Below, one piece after another: positions 49,735 through 62,420 of a DNA stretch of 64,000 nt (position 1 is its first letter; every line of letters starts with the position of its first letter). The notes below the pieces were generated by a model that was given only the letters and a program-made list of their open reading frames with translations, ran no database searches and was not told where the DNA came from. Position numbers and translations under genes: made by a program. The stretch lies in the NCBI RefSeq assembly GCF_009834535.1, contig NC_045697.1, positions 18,106,001 to 18,170,000 on the forward strand, in the 5' to 3' direction. This stretch comes from Camelus ferus (lineage: Eukaryota).

Positions 49735-50130
49735 GTGGTACTTTGTGATCAAAGTACTCAGCTCTGGACTCAGATCGTCTCAGGCCATTTTTGATGGCCT
49801 CACCACTTACTAAAGGGTGACTTGGACAAGTTGCTTAATCTTTCTGCTCTTCAGTTTTCTTATCTGCAAAATGGGGTTGATGATGATAATAACAAAACAT
49901 CCCCCACTGGACTGTTGTGAGGATTTAATGATACAGGAATAACAATAATAGCAAATACAAGCAGTGCTTACATGCACTGGGCTAAGCGTCACATGTACTT
50001 TAACTCATTTAACTTCACCCCGGCGCTGGAGATGGCTACTTCTGTTGTTTGCAGCTCACAGATATGAAAACTGAGGTTCAAATCTAGCAGTCTAGGGTCA
50101 GACTCTGAGCTCATGATTGCTCCACGATGC
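49735..50130. mobile_element. Two MIRs, tail to tail (plus about 49735-49940, minus about 49945-50130)
   Basis: ctcttcagttttcttatctgcaaaatgggg...gttgtgaggatttaatg; then gtgcttacatgcactgggctaagc...cagatatgaaaactgagg. Confidence 0.75.
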
Positions 50131-50547
50131 TCCTCTCAGGAGACACATGAAGGGCTTGGGGCAGATTGAGTACCTGGTCAGACTGAAGTAATCCTTAGCT
50201 GTTATCACCCAGAAGAGCAGGTAGAAAAAGAGAGGTGAGCACGGGAACTAACAATACCGAATTCTGTCAAAAGGCAAAAATGTATCAGCTGTGTTGCGGG
50301 GCTAGGCTACTGTGAGGTTGAGTGGCCCTGAAGGCAGGCATGTTATCTCTCCCTGTATGTCCCCACCTCCAATGTCACGGGGGGCTGGCAAGTGAAAGGA
50401 ACAAGGAGCTCCAGCAGCAGTGGTTGGATCTTTGGTTTTTTAGGAGGAAATATCTCTGTTTCAAGTAGCAGCAACCCACCCCCACTGCCTCAGTAAAAAG
50501 AGAATCTACTTAACGGTGGTGGGGTCTCTCACAATTAGTGGGTACCC

Positions 50548-50622
50548 TCAGGGGTAGAGCACATGCTTAGCATGCAGGAGGTCCTGGGTTCAATCCCCAG
50601 TACCTCCATTAGAAACAAACAA
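50548..50622 (+). mobile_element. 5'-truncated tRNA-Ala-derived SINE
   Basis: tcaggggtagagcacatgcttagcatgcaggaggtcctgggttcaatccccagtacctcc; same family as the SINE at 23429. Confidence 0.9.
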
Positions 50623-50626
50623 ATTT

Positions 50627-51080
50627 TTACTACTCAGCCATAAAAAAGAATAAAGTAATGCCATTTGCAACAACATCGATGGACCTGGAGATCATCATAA
50701 TAAGTGAAGTAAGCCCGAAAAAGAAAGAAAAATACCATATAATATCACTTACATGTGGAATCTAAAAAAGAAAGAACTTATTTACAGAACAGAGACAGAC
50801 TCACAGACATAGAAAACAAACTTAAAGTTACCAGTGGAGAAAGGAGGCGGGGAAGGATAAATTGGGAGTTCGGGATTTGTAGACACTAACTGATATATAT
50901 AGAATAGATAAACAACAAGGTCCTACTGTAGAGCACGGTGAACTATATTCAATACTTTGTAATGGTTTATAATGAAAAAGAATATATATATGTATATATA
51001 AATGAATCACTATGCTGAATACCAGAAATTACCACAACATTGTAAGTCGACTATACTTCAATAAAAAAGAAAAAAAAAAA
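50627..51080 (+). mobile_element. Young L1 3' end fused directly behind the SINE
   Basis: tactactcagccataaaaaagaataaagtaatgccatttgcaacaaca...caacattgtaagtcgactatacttcaataaaaaag followed by poly-A. Confidence 0.9.
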
Positions 51081-51677
51081 CTTAGCAGGTGCCCAAAGGT
51101 GCAGGCTGGGAAAACAGGCAGGAGCTGGGGAGGAACCTGGGAGAGCTGGGCGGTATCCTTTGCTTCTCCTGCTGGAATCCACTGCCATGGCTGCCCCACG
51201 GGAGCGTCTCATCACCCCTTCATCTCCCGGGTTGGAGCTGAGGAGTGCCTGGGCTCCTGGCTCCCAGGGGGTGGGAAGTACCAGGGTGTTCAATTCTAAC
51301 CAGATGTTTCTGCCTGAGGAAGACTCTGAGCCTGCAGCCCTTTCTATCCTAGCGAAGGGTCGTGGTGAGTGTTAGAGCAGTGTTAAAGATACGCTAAAAC
51401 CCTCCTGAGACTTTCTCTCGTACAAACCATATATAATGCTAAAATGCCACTTTGAATTAGGGGATTCTTTCAAATCAATGGATATTTTATTAAATTCATC
51501 AATAATTATGTGGCTTTGAAAAATAGTGGTAGGTAAGTAGGCAAGAAGTATTCACTCTGCTTTCACCCAGATAATGAATGCGTGGTGAATTTATACATCA
51601 GAGGACAGGGGCTGTCACAGGTGATGGAGATTAGGAGGATCTGAGTCCTCAGCCCCCTAACTCCCATATCCACCAGA

Positions 51678-51858
51678 CAGGACTAGCTACATAATTTGCA
51701 AGACCCAGTGCAAAGGGAAAAACCCAGGGCCCTTTGTTAAAAAAATGTATTAAAAATTTGCATATAATGCCAATAGAACATCAAACCAAATGTGGGGACC
51801 CTCTCAGTGTGGGGTCCTGGACAACCACGCAAGTTACATGCACACGAAGCTGGCCCTG
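51678..51858 (-). mobile_element. MER45A hAT-Tip100 MITE
   Basis: caggactagctacataatttgc...cccagtgcaaa...catcaaaccaa...gaagctggccctg, a full-length match to the recalled consensus. Confidence 0.85.
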
Positions 51859-54800
51859 CCGCTAGGGGATTCTCTCCAGACAGGAGCGTGGCTGGATGCT
51901 GGGCCATGGTGCCTCCACCAGGATGCCCTTTTTTCATTCTAAGAAGTTACATGTGCAGGGTGACAAGTGATTTCAGTTAGGTTTCATGACACATGAGGCT
52001 CAAAAAGTTTCCCATTGACCCTCTTTTTTTCCTTTTCTTAAGAGAATTTACAGATCATTTTCTCAGTATTTGGGGCACTGGGAAAGTCACAGTTCCAACC
52101 TTCATAAAGCTCACAGTCTAGTGTGGGATATAGTTTTCCAAGCAAACAATTAAAATCCAGTGTTCTCCCTTATAAGGGAGGCATGTGAAGGGGCATTTTG
52201 TAGAAGGACCCTTCATCGGTGTGGGGAAGGTGAGAAAGGATCCTCGTTGGGCCCTTCCAAATAGGGACTTTGTAGCCCAGGTTCCGATGGTGTTAGAAAA
52301 AGTCACACAGGCACAGCTGGACTGTGGAGGCTGGGTGTGTGCAAGGCCCGGCCAGTACTAGGGAGCCCGGCCATGGGTCTGCTCGCTGCCCCGTGGGACA
52401 TGATTGGGCCCTGAATGACAGCAGTGTGCCTGGCTCTCCTGGAGAAGAGGGGGTGGACCCAAGAGTTAGTGCAGAGGTGGAATCAGCTGTCTTCGGTGAC
52501 TGAGTAGAGGTGGGTGGGTATTAAAGCTGGAAGAAAATCCTAAAACGACTAATTGGCTTCTGACTTTGGGCAGATGCACAAACACAGTAAGAAAGCCAGT
52601 CTGGAGGGAAAGGTTATGCATATTAATAGTAATTTTGCAAGTCAGTAAAGTTATTGGGAGAGCTACATATCAGTAATGCTCTTCTGACTTTTACATCACA
52701 CCTCTCCTTCCCCTCATCATGACCCTCCCTCCATCACCACATAAACCAAAACACAAATGAATCACCAACGTCTTCAGTAGAAATACACAGAAATGAAAAA
52801 CAAACCAGCAGAATGAAGTGAATATAGATTGGTTATTCCACCTCTGAAGCAATGAAAATAACACACTACGGGTAAAGGAAATTTCAGGTTTATAATTGTT
52901 TCTAGTTCTGTAATCAAGGGCAAGCATCCTAATATAAATGTTTTTAAAAAATGGAAATAATTTCGCTGACTTTTATCACCAGACTTATTTATTTACATCT
53001 TTAACAGACTGCAATAGATGAACTCAGGTACTTAGTTAAAAGGTATGGGGGCTGGGAGAAGGAAGGAGGATCATTCTCAAGTTCAGCCAAATCTTGAAAT
53101 TAAAAAAAAAAAACAAACAAACACCCTTAATGGGTTAATTGCTTAATAGTCACCTTGTGTGCACAGGTATCCTTGAAATGATTAACAGGAGGAAAAGATT
53201 GGTGGCAGTCGTAACATTCCCCTTACTAGGAGAGCATTTGGGGTAGACTCTGTAATGCAGTCTGAAAGCAGTTGCTAATCAGATTTCTGATTCTGGAAGA
53301 ATGTGGAAGCCCAGCCACACCACCTGAGCGGTCATTAGCATTAAGCTACACCACGTCCGTTTCTCATTTCACACTTTATCGACCCCTTAGTTCCACCTCA
53401 GCAGTAATGGGGGGAAACTCTTCAGGTATTCATATATGCCAAATCACACTGGGTACTCTCGGGGGGAAAATATTCCTTTGCTAGAACCTGGCAAGTGAAT
53501 TCTTGTCTGCTGAAATACACACCAGTGTTCAAGTTAACCCAGAGTTGGTCTTAAAGCAAGTCCTTGGCTTTCCTTGCATGCTGTGTTGAGGACTCTGATG
53601 CCGTGGGTTGCCACCTTGAAGCCATGTGCTTTTCTTGATATCTGGCTTTGGGAGACAGCACGGGCTCCGCTCGGGCTGAGACAGTTCATTCTCGTAGATT
53701 CTCAGCTTGCTTTGATAGCTTCCGTGGACGGGTGCTGCTGTGGCACTAGGCAGGGGGAGATCAAGAGAGAGCTGTTTCTACTGACCTGTTACATGATGTG
53801 ATAAGACACTTTTCATAGAAGTGATTGCTCAGTGGTTTTGGTACTTGAGTGCTTCTACCTGCAAGGCTGGGCATCTGGGGAGTGTGCATTACACAGTGAG
53901 GCCCGAAGATACAGCGCCTCCCTTTCTCTGCCTTGCGCACGTTGGCTTCGTCAGAGGCCAGGTATCTAGTGGCATGCGCGTCCCCTTTGGTGAAGGGTCT
54001 GGACTGGCTTGAGAGGATTCATGTGTGGGAATTGCCGTGATTATTTCTTACAGGAACCCATCTCTGTATGTTTTGAACCCACGAAAGCAGACTTCTCTCT
54101 AGAACAATATCTGACTCAGAATGATTCCACCTCATGACAGGCCATGCTTTTGGGATTGAAGAATGACCAACTTGATTTGGGTTCTAAAGACTTAATCAAG
54201 CATCTTCTGAAATGCGATTATTCACATTCCTGAGGCACGTGAAGCAAAACGAGAATCTGCTCCAACATTTTTGCTGGAAACAGATGGAAGTTTTTTAACC
54301 TGCCTGTAGAGGAGGATGCCAGGTGCCCAGGCGGACAAAGAAGTAACCTTTCTGGGAGGGCTGGCAGGCAGAGGGTATGGATGGAGTCAGAGATTGTACT
54401 TTGGAGCCAGAGCAGGATGGTTGCTGGCTCTGGAGGAATCGTTGTGAGGATTTGTGCCAAAGTGTCAGGCCATGAAAAGCCTCAGCCTTGAATAATTTCT
54501 GGATGACTGAGTATAGAGCTCGTCAGGACTAAATCAGCTTCAAACCTCCTGCAGAATTAGTGACCATCATTGTTTGGGTATCAACCCCTGGGTGTGTGGG
54601 GGCAGAGCCTTAGTTGCTAAATGAGGGGGAATAAAACGACCTGCTCCACTGGGTCCTACTTGGACAGCCTTCAGATTAACTGCAGAATGTGTTAATCCAG
54701 GTACTGCAAAAACTTCCTTCTAGAAAGCAGGACTATTGAGTTTACTCAAATGCCTCTTCGACCAAGGAATGCGGTTGTTTTGCTTTCTTCTCCCCACCTC

Positions 54801-54989
54801 AGGGAAGCTGTCTCGTGGCTCTCTGGGGCAGGGAGTCTTCCAGCTGGTTGGGGGTGGGGGGCATCTCTGGGAGCCAAGAGAGTGGGATGTGAATGCAGGA
54901 AGAATGCAGGAGGGACGTGAGACATCATTCCCATGTCTAATGTCCCTCCTTGGTGGGGCCTTTCATGGCTGCCCAATATAATCTATCCC

Positions 54990-55245
54990 CCACCCCAGGC
55001 ACTGTCTACCCCACCATTCTGATACATCATTTGGCTCTGTTTCCATATATATTATAGCACTTCTTTTTATCTAAAGTTATCTTGTTCATTTAAGTATTTA
55101 CTAGCTTAAGATCTCTTCCCCACCTAGACTGTAAACTCCAGTAGAATAAGGATCCCGTCTGTCTTGTTCGCTGCTCTGTCCTCCCCTACTAGACAGTTCC
55201 TGGTCTACAGCAGGTGCTCATAAATATTTCTTGAATGAATTTCTG
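54990..55245 (+). mobile_element. L2 3' end
   Basis: ctagactgtaaactccag...gtctgtcttgttcgctgctctgtcc...gcaggtgctcataaatatttcttgaatgaat. Confidence 0.8.
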
Positions 55246-55936
55246 AATGTACTGGGTGGGAACATTCTCCAGAGCCTCATACTTAAAAAAAAATGTAGAC
55301 ATTTGGGTTAGTAATTTTACTAAAATGAATTATTTGGTTTCGGGCTTTCTGTAGATAGAAGATACCAGAAAATTAACTCTACTCTGAATGACCCAGAGCA
55401 TCATTATATAAATGTTGGTTATTACACTGAGAGATTATCCGGTTCTACTGAGTGTATGATTTTTTTTTTTTTTTTTGCATCGACACAAACCACTATGATT
55501 GTTGAGTTTTGGCTCTGCCTTCTATGACTTTTCTCTCTTTATTTTGGCCAATCAGCTCTTCTTTCTATCGCTGAAGTACCTACGACAGCTGTTCTCCTAC
55601 TATTCATTTATAATTTTGATGAAAGAATAGTTGAACTTGGGAGAGATGAATATAAAATACAAGTAAATAGGTCCTATCTAGGAAGTAAGAGAATCTCTAA
55701 TTTTTGTGAGTGTTAAAATATCCTTGGTGGCATTTACTGAAGTTAATTCAGAATTTTTTTTCCACCTCTAGTTCATGGAGGAATTTTGGTTGCAAGCAAC
55801 AGAAACTGATGTTGGTTAGTTCAAGAAAAAGGAGACTTTTTTGGAGTCCTGTGGGGGAGTTCATAGAAAAGGATTCTATGTCACCAAAGAGCTTACGGTC
55901 TATGTGAAGAAATTACATCAAACTAGTTTGAGGCAA

Positions 55937-55983
55937 TGTATTAGTCAGGTTCTCCAGAGAAACAGAACCAATAGAATAGTCAG

Positions 55984-56028
<45 letters not shown>

Positions 56029-56439
56029 ATCTAATGATATGAGAGATTTGTTATGGGGATTGACTGGTGATCATGGAGGTGGAGAGGACCCAGGATCTGC
56101 CATCTGCAGGCTGGGGAAGAGCAGGAAAGCTGCTGGTGGAATTCAGTCCAAGTTTGAAGACCTGAGAACCAGCAGTGCCAATGTCTGAGGCCTCAGCTCA
56201 AATGTGAGTGCAAATTCACCCCTTCTCGACCTCTTTGTTCTATTTAAGCCCTTAGGGACCTGGATGATGCATTGGTGAAGTGATACTCTTTACTGAGTCT
56301 ACCCATTCAAATGCCTCCTGGATGTCCTCCAGGATGTCTCCTGGAGGCATCCCCACAGACACACCTGGAAATAATGTTTCACCAGCTTTGTGGGTATCCC
56401 TTAGCCCAGGCAAGATGACACATAAAATTAACAATCACA
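55937..56439 (-). mobile_element. MLT2 (ERVL) solo LTR with internal (CTAT)n
   Basis: tgtattagtcaggttctccagagaaacagaaccaatag ... gacacataaaattaacaatcaca; perfect 5-bp TSD ggcaa (55932-55936 / 56440-56444). Confidence 0.92.
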
Positions 56440-57159
56440 GGCAATAATAGAATAGTCATCATAATGTCCTTTCAGTGGAGTCTCCAAATTAGTTACATAG
56501 ACTCCAAATGAGCCAGGAATTCTAAGGAAGGAGGGGTCCCTGTACACTAGGGAGATCAGATGAAGCTTTTAAAAAGCGATGTGATGGGATGTGGAGCCCA
56601 AGGGGGTTGTAATTCATCTAAGCAGAGAGGAGGGTGTATGTGGGCAAATGATCAAGCCTCAGGGAACAGCATGAGCAAAAGAATGAGAATAGATCCTGTG
56701 CAACCTTTAAGGTAAATGAATAAACCAGTCTCTCTGGTGTGGAAGTTTCCAGAAGGGGAGTAATGAGAGGCAAGCAGGAAAGGAAGATCAGGCTGAATTA
56801 GATGGGGCCTCGCATGCCATGCTAAGGACGTGGGGGAATGTCCACAGCTCAGCAACTGACCGGATAGGATGGAGCAGAAACAGATCATCAACATTTAACC
56901 AGTATCTGCAGTCTCTTCCATATACCTGTGGAATTCACACCCTGGCCTTGAAAGCGTGACTTGCCTTCTTTATCTTCCAGATAGAAAGTGACCACAGGCA
57001 GATCTGTTGTCATTTCTTCCCCAGAATTCCATAATTTTGGTTTGAAGCCTATTCCCCAATTCAGAATGTGCCTAAATCTTAAATCCCAGACAAAATGAAC
57101 TTGGCCTTGAAGAGCAGTAGTTTTTGTCCTTGAATGCAGGCCAGTCATTCCAGATAATA

Positions 57160-57370
57160 ATAACAACAGTAGTGGCTGAAATTTGTTGAACACTGATTAC
57201 GTGCCAGGTACTCTTCTAACAGCTTAAGAATATTTGTTTAATCCTCTTTTGCATTATTGTATTTCCTGGTTTATAGATGAGGAAACTGAGGCACAAGAAG
57301 CTTACAGCTAGTCATTGGTAGAGTTGGGAACCCAACCCAAAATCCTCTCATAAATTCCATACTTTTAATT
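57160..57370 (-). mobile_element. MIR SINE
   Basis: tttgttgaacactgattacgtgccaggtact...tttatagatgaggaaactgaggcaca. Confidence 0.8.
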
Positions 57371-58099
57371 ACCAGGGCTGAGGCCCCAGAATGCTTGAGG
57401 TTTGTGGGGTAACTGGACTGCTTCCTGAAAGTGGAAAAAGGAGTGCTGGTAGCCAGTTTCACCTCTCTCCAGGGCCTGGCACTTGGTGTAATTCTGTCAA
57501 TTGCTTTGCAGATGCTAATCAAATCCTCTTGAGAAAAAGATGTAGGTTTCTTGTTTTTGTCAGAGGTTTTCATTGGATGGGTGAATGGATGATAGGTAGA
57601 TGGATGGATGGATGATGGATGAAGGACAGATAGGAAAAGTGGTCCATTTCAGGGTATCATGTAGCTCACCTAATGTCTCAAAAAAGCACTATACTCTCAC
57701 TGAATGCAAATGCCCTCCCCACAGTAATATTTTTTTTAAAAGGGAATATAGCCCAGGGAAGAAGAGAAAATTAATAACTGACCCTTCCTTTTAACCAATT
57801 GTTAGTGGTCTGCACTTTGGATTTGAATATTTATCATTTAATAAGTTGAATCCTGACTCAAAGATGTACACGTAGCATTCAAAGGAAAAGTTTTGGGGGC
57901 TTTCTCACTGTACTAGGTGCTGAAGATACAACAATGAATGGGACAGATGTGGCACCTGTCTTCTCATCTACTTCTGCAATTAAACAAGATATTTTGTAAG
58001 AATATGCCTGAAAGCTAGTATGTGCTCAATCCGTGTTGGTGAAATGAAAAATGAGTTAGTGAAAATCATAAAACTAGCAATTTCTATGAAATCTCCTCA

Positions 58100-58640
58100 T
58101 TCCATGTTTTCCAGTCTTTTATCATTTGCATACCATCATCATGATTTTTGCCTTATATACAAACTACATTACTATTACTTATTGAATATTCATTCTTAAA
58201 GTCTAATCACTTGGTTTTTGCCTAAAAAAAATGTATTTGAAATGAAGACATCCTATAACTGCTGCAACTGGAAAATCCTTATCCCTTGCTATTAAATATG
58301 CATACTAGAAAAAATAAAACAGTGATTTTATTCAATTCTAGCCAGATATTTTTGCTTAGGGTCAGTTGTGAGGCTGAGGGCTTTTTTCTATTGTGTAATA
58401 TAAGAGAGCTTAGCAAGTGTTAGAAAAGTGTTAAAGACATGTTAGTATCCAATTGAAACTTTACCTAGTACCAAATACATATGATGGCAAAATACCCTTT
58501 AGAATTAAAAAGCTCTTTCAATGAATGTGGATTTTATTAAATTCAGCTATGACCACGAAGCTTTGAAAAATATCAATAGAAAAATATGTTGACGTTATAC
58601 ATGTAGCTCTCAGACTTGATGGTTACGTGCGTTAGGAAAC
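58100..58640 (+). mobile_element. MER113-like hAT-Charlie element
   Basis: catgatttttgcc, caattctagccagata, ttagcaagtgttagaaaagtgttaaagacat, aattgaaacttt. Confidence 0.7.
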
Positions 58641-58665
58641 AGGGACTTGGTCTCATTTGCAACTG

Positions 58666-59054
58666 TCTCTTAGTCTTCTAGGGCTGCCAAACAAAGCACA
58701 ACAGACTGGGGAGCTTACATAATAGACATTTGTTTTTTCACAATTCTAGAGGCTAAAAGTCCGAGATCAGGGCGGCAGCAGATTCGTTTCTTCTGAGGTC
58801 TCTCTCCTTGGCTTATAGATGATCATTTTCTACCTGTGTCTTTCCATGCTCTTCCCTCTGTGTCTGTCTGTGTCTAAATTACCCTCTTCATATAAGGATA
58901 CCACATATATTGGATTAAGATCAACCCAGATGACCCCATTTTCACTCAGGTACCTCTTTAAAAACCCTGTCTCCAAATACAATCACATTGTAAGGTGCTG
59001 AGGGTTAGGACTTCAATATGTGAATTTTGGGTGGACACAATTCAGCCCAAAGCA
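58666..59054 (-). mobile_element. MLT1B/C MaLR solo LTR inserted in an L2 3' end
   Basis: ttagtcttctagggctgcc...cacaattctagaggctaaaagtccgagatcagg...ggacacaattcagccc; possible TSD aactg/aacca (both derivable from aaccg). Confidence 0.85.
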
Positions 59055-59849
59055 AACCATATCCTCTCTAGCATCTAGAACTGTGCTTGGCAGATAGTAG
59101 ATGCTCAGTAAATGTTTGTTGAATGAGTGAATGGGAGAATGAGTGGATGACCCTGCAGCCCCCTGGGGGTCTATGTTATCAGAAGATTCCACTGGCTTAA
59201 TATTGTTTAACCTTTTTAGGAATGTTTTTCATGGTTGCCTATGAGTATTTAGTAGCTTGATGGCCATAAAGAAAGCTATTCCCAGTAAGTTCACAGCAGT
59301 ACAAAGGACCTGTTTTACCCATTATAGACTCATTCATTCATTCATTCAATAAGTGTTTATCTAGAAGGGATGACTAATGGATCCTGACTTCTTTCTCTGT
59401 CTTCATTCTCTTGGTTTCACCTCTAATTATGGCATAAGTCTTGGTCCACATCCAGTACCCAGGAATCCCTAACAGATTACATGTCTATCTGCAGACCTTG
59501 ATCTGGCCAAAGTCTTAGAAATTTCATGAGGCCCCATGCCTGTCCAGCCCTGGCTCACATTAGTGTCACCTAGGAAACTTAAAAAAAATTTTATTGCCCA
59601 ACTTCTGTGCGGACCAATTGAATTGTAACCTCTGGAGGAGGGACCTGGGTATCAGTCAACCTCCCCACATGATTCCACTGTACAGCAAGCACTGGGAACC
59701 AAAGAACTCCATGCCCCTCTGGAGAATCAACAGATCATGTAACTGCAAATTCCAGGCACCCCCACGTGCTTCAGTCTCCAAAAGATGTCACCTTCCTGCT
59801 TTGACCATCCTTACTAAGTCTCATTTTCCTACATGAAGATACACTTGTC

Positions 59850-61030
59850 CATCCATTCAACCAAGACTCATTGAGCACTAATGTAGGAACTATTGGGAGA
59901 AAAATAGAAACATGGCATGGTCTCTACTGTTTCAAAAAAAAAGCTTACAGTCTTGTAGGAAAACCAGAAGTATGAGTATTTGCTGAATATTATGCTATTC
60001 ATTCGTTCATCAATTATTTTTGAGTGTCTATTGTGTACCGGGCTTGGCGGTACAGAGGTGAGCAAGAGAGCCAGTGCCCAACCCCATGGGATTGACAGTC
60101 TGGCAAGAAAGAGAGAGGTTAAACAATAGTAAGGTGTGGTGTATGTTATACAGAGAAGAACAAAGTAATCTGGATACACACACCATGGGACTTACTTTGG
60201 TTTAGAGGAAAGAGAACATTTCCTTGAGAAACTGATATGTAAGCTGAGATCTTGAAGATGAATAGGAGTCAACCAGACCAGTGCCCTGCTCTCTTAAGAG
60301 CTGAAATCATGTTTATTTTATTCCCAGCGCCTGGTTCATGTCGAGGACTCAGTAAATCTTTATTGAATTAATAAGTGAACGAATGGTGAAAAATTCAGGG
60401 GCAAGTTTAGCATGTCTGAAGCAGGAAGTGTCAGAGGGAAAATTTCAAGGTTTACAACTGGAGGAGTAGGCAGGGGCTAGATCAGGAAGTCTTGCAAACC
60501 ACAAAAAGGAGTTTAAACTTTATCTTGGGGTCAAGGAGAAGCCACTGAAAATTAGGCAGAGTAGCAACTGGCTAGATTTGTGTTTTAAAAGCATCACTTC
60601 GGCTGTGACATAGGATTGGATTGGAGGGGAGTGGGAAATTGGCAGCCAGCAGTTGTGTGATGGGGCAGGAGTGATGACGGTCTGTCTGCTTGAGGGAGTG
60701 GAGAGATGAGGTTTATCAATGCAGAATATATTGGGTTAGAGGTGGGTTGAATGGATTAGGGGTGAGGGAGGAAGCGAGGTGATCTCTGGGCAGATGGTTT
60801 AGGAAGCTTACAGGACGATGATGTTATGATGCTGCTGGAGGTAAAGATGCAGTGTTTATCATCAGCCACGCTGAGTTTGGGCTGCCCATGAGCCACTGAA
60901 GTGGAAATGCCCCACCGGCAGCCGTTGGATGTACTGGGAGCTCATGAGAGAGGCCTGATCTGGGGGCAGAGTTGTGGGACAACTGGGCGTAGAGGGGACA
61001 GTTGAAGCTATGAGTGGTGAGGTCACTGGG
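59850..61030 (-). mobile_element. L2 fragments
   Basis: cattcaaccaagactcattgagcac, ttgagtgtctattgtgtaccgggc, aagctgagatcttgaagatgaataggagt, gagctcatgagagaggcctg. Confidence 0.7.
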
Positions 61031-61259
61031 AGGATTGTGTAAAGGGAGAGGGAGACAGACTGAGTTATTTCCCATTTTGCAACTGCCTTGGCCGCAGTCA
61101 ATAAGCTATTGTTCTGGTGGAGGCTTGCACCACGCTTCCTTCACACGTGGGATGCTACCTAAGTCAAAAACTGACTTTTGGGACTTGTTAAACCCTTTGA
61201 CTAGTACACATAATAGCTACCACTTACCAAACAACAATATATGTGTGTGGCAACCTGGT

Positions 61260-61450
61260 ACTTTTTAGCTGTGTGTCTTTGGGGAAATTACTTAGCTTCT
61301 ATGTTTCTCAGTTTCCTAACCTTTAAATAAGGCTAAAAGCACTTACTTTGTAGGGTTGTTGTGAGGGTTGAATGAGTTACTATATGTAGGCTCCTGGAGC
61401 AGTTAATGGGACATCATAAGCACTATCCAAAATTGATTCTTTATTACTAT
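61260..61450 (+). mobile_element. MIR SINE
   Basis: tagctgtgtgtctttggggaaattacttagcttctatgtttctcagtttcc...tagggttgttgtgagggttgaatgag. Confidence 0.85.
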
Positions 61451-61564
61451 TGCTATTTTATCCTTCCAATTTCTCTGCACAATAGGAATCAGTTACATCA
61501 GTTTTAGGATGAGGAAACAGGCTCAGAGAGATAAAACAACTTGTCTGGGATCCACCCTAAACTT

Positions 61565-62420
61565 TAAGGACTTTCGGTCATAAGAAATAGAAATCCATTC
61601 CAGCTCATTACAGGGGATGTATACCCATTGTCTCATGGATCCCAAGCACGTGATGTAACTGTGAATGTCAATCAGGACCTCTTACTTGTAAACAAGAGAA
61701 TGCAAGTCTGGTTTTGCAAAAATGAAGGAAAACTTAAAGGAAGAATGATGGGGGCACACAGAGCTTATGGCTGACTACAGGTGGGGCATGGCCCAAGGCC
61801 ACGTGGAAGGGAAATGCAGGAAGCCCAGCAGGAACAGCCTGGACAGGCCGCACCGTCCAGTCCACTGGGGAGAATGGCGCCGGTCAGTCACTTGCCATTG
61901 TTTTTGTTCAGCTCAGGACATGAGACTGTACATGGCAGTCCCTGGGATGGGCAGAAGGATCTGGCTCCCCACTAACATAGTGAGGTGAGTGCCTAGGATG
62001 ACTTATCCCTGCAAGATGAATCACAATGGAGAGAGGTCATTCCTCCGAAGGAAACAGGGGCATGATTTGGAAGATGATGGGCACAAGACAGTGAAAAATA
62101 TACAATAAACCTGCTCTTGACCAGAAACTGACCAGGGACAGAATCGCCCGTGGGACCGTCTCTGAGTCCCATTTTGAGCCCTCTTTTCATTTCTGCTCTA
62201 TTCATTTCTCTCTCTTTCCCTGAAAACTGACTTTCTCGGCATCCTAGGTTAAAAATGGCTGCCTGCAGCCTCAGGATTTCTTGACTGGTCCAGCCACAGC
62301 GGGACTGAATCTCTTAGCACAATTTCAACCTTGCAGGCAAGGGACTGATTGATCCAGCTCAACTCAGTTGTCTACTTCTGCTCCAAATAGTTGAGGTCGG
62401 GGTGTGGGTGGCAGGGAGCA
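61565..62420 (-). mobile_element. Old MLT1 LTR fragments (probably two, nested)
   Basis: aggactttcggtcataagaaatagaaatccattccagct; tgtcaatcaggacctcttacttgtaaacaagag; aaaatggctgcctgcagc; gactgattgatccagctc. Confidence 0.5.

Noticed and set aside
52043..52229. Candidate exon (strong polypyrimidine acceptor and aag|gtgaga donor)
   Set aside because: It is 187 nt (not a multiple of 3), lies in probable L2-derived sequence and encodes no recognisable peptide. Pseudo-exons like this are common and need RNA evidence.
53530..53746. Minus-strand open frame of about 70 codons after an acceptor-like site
   Set aside because: No recognisable protein similarity, weak donor, and opposite to the inferred host strand.
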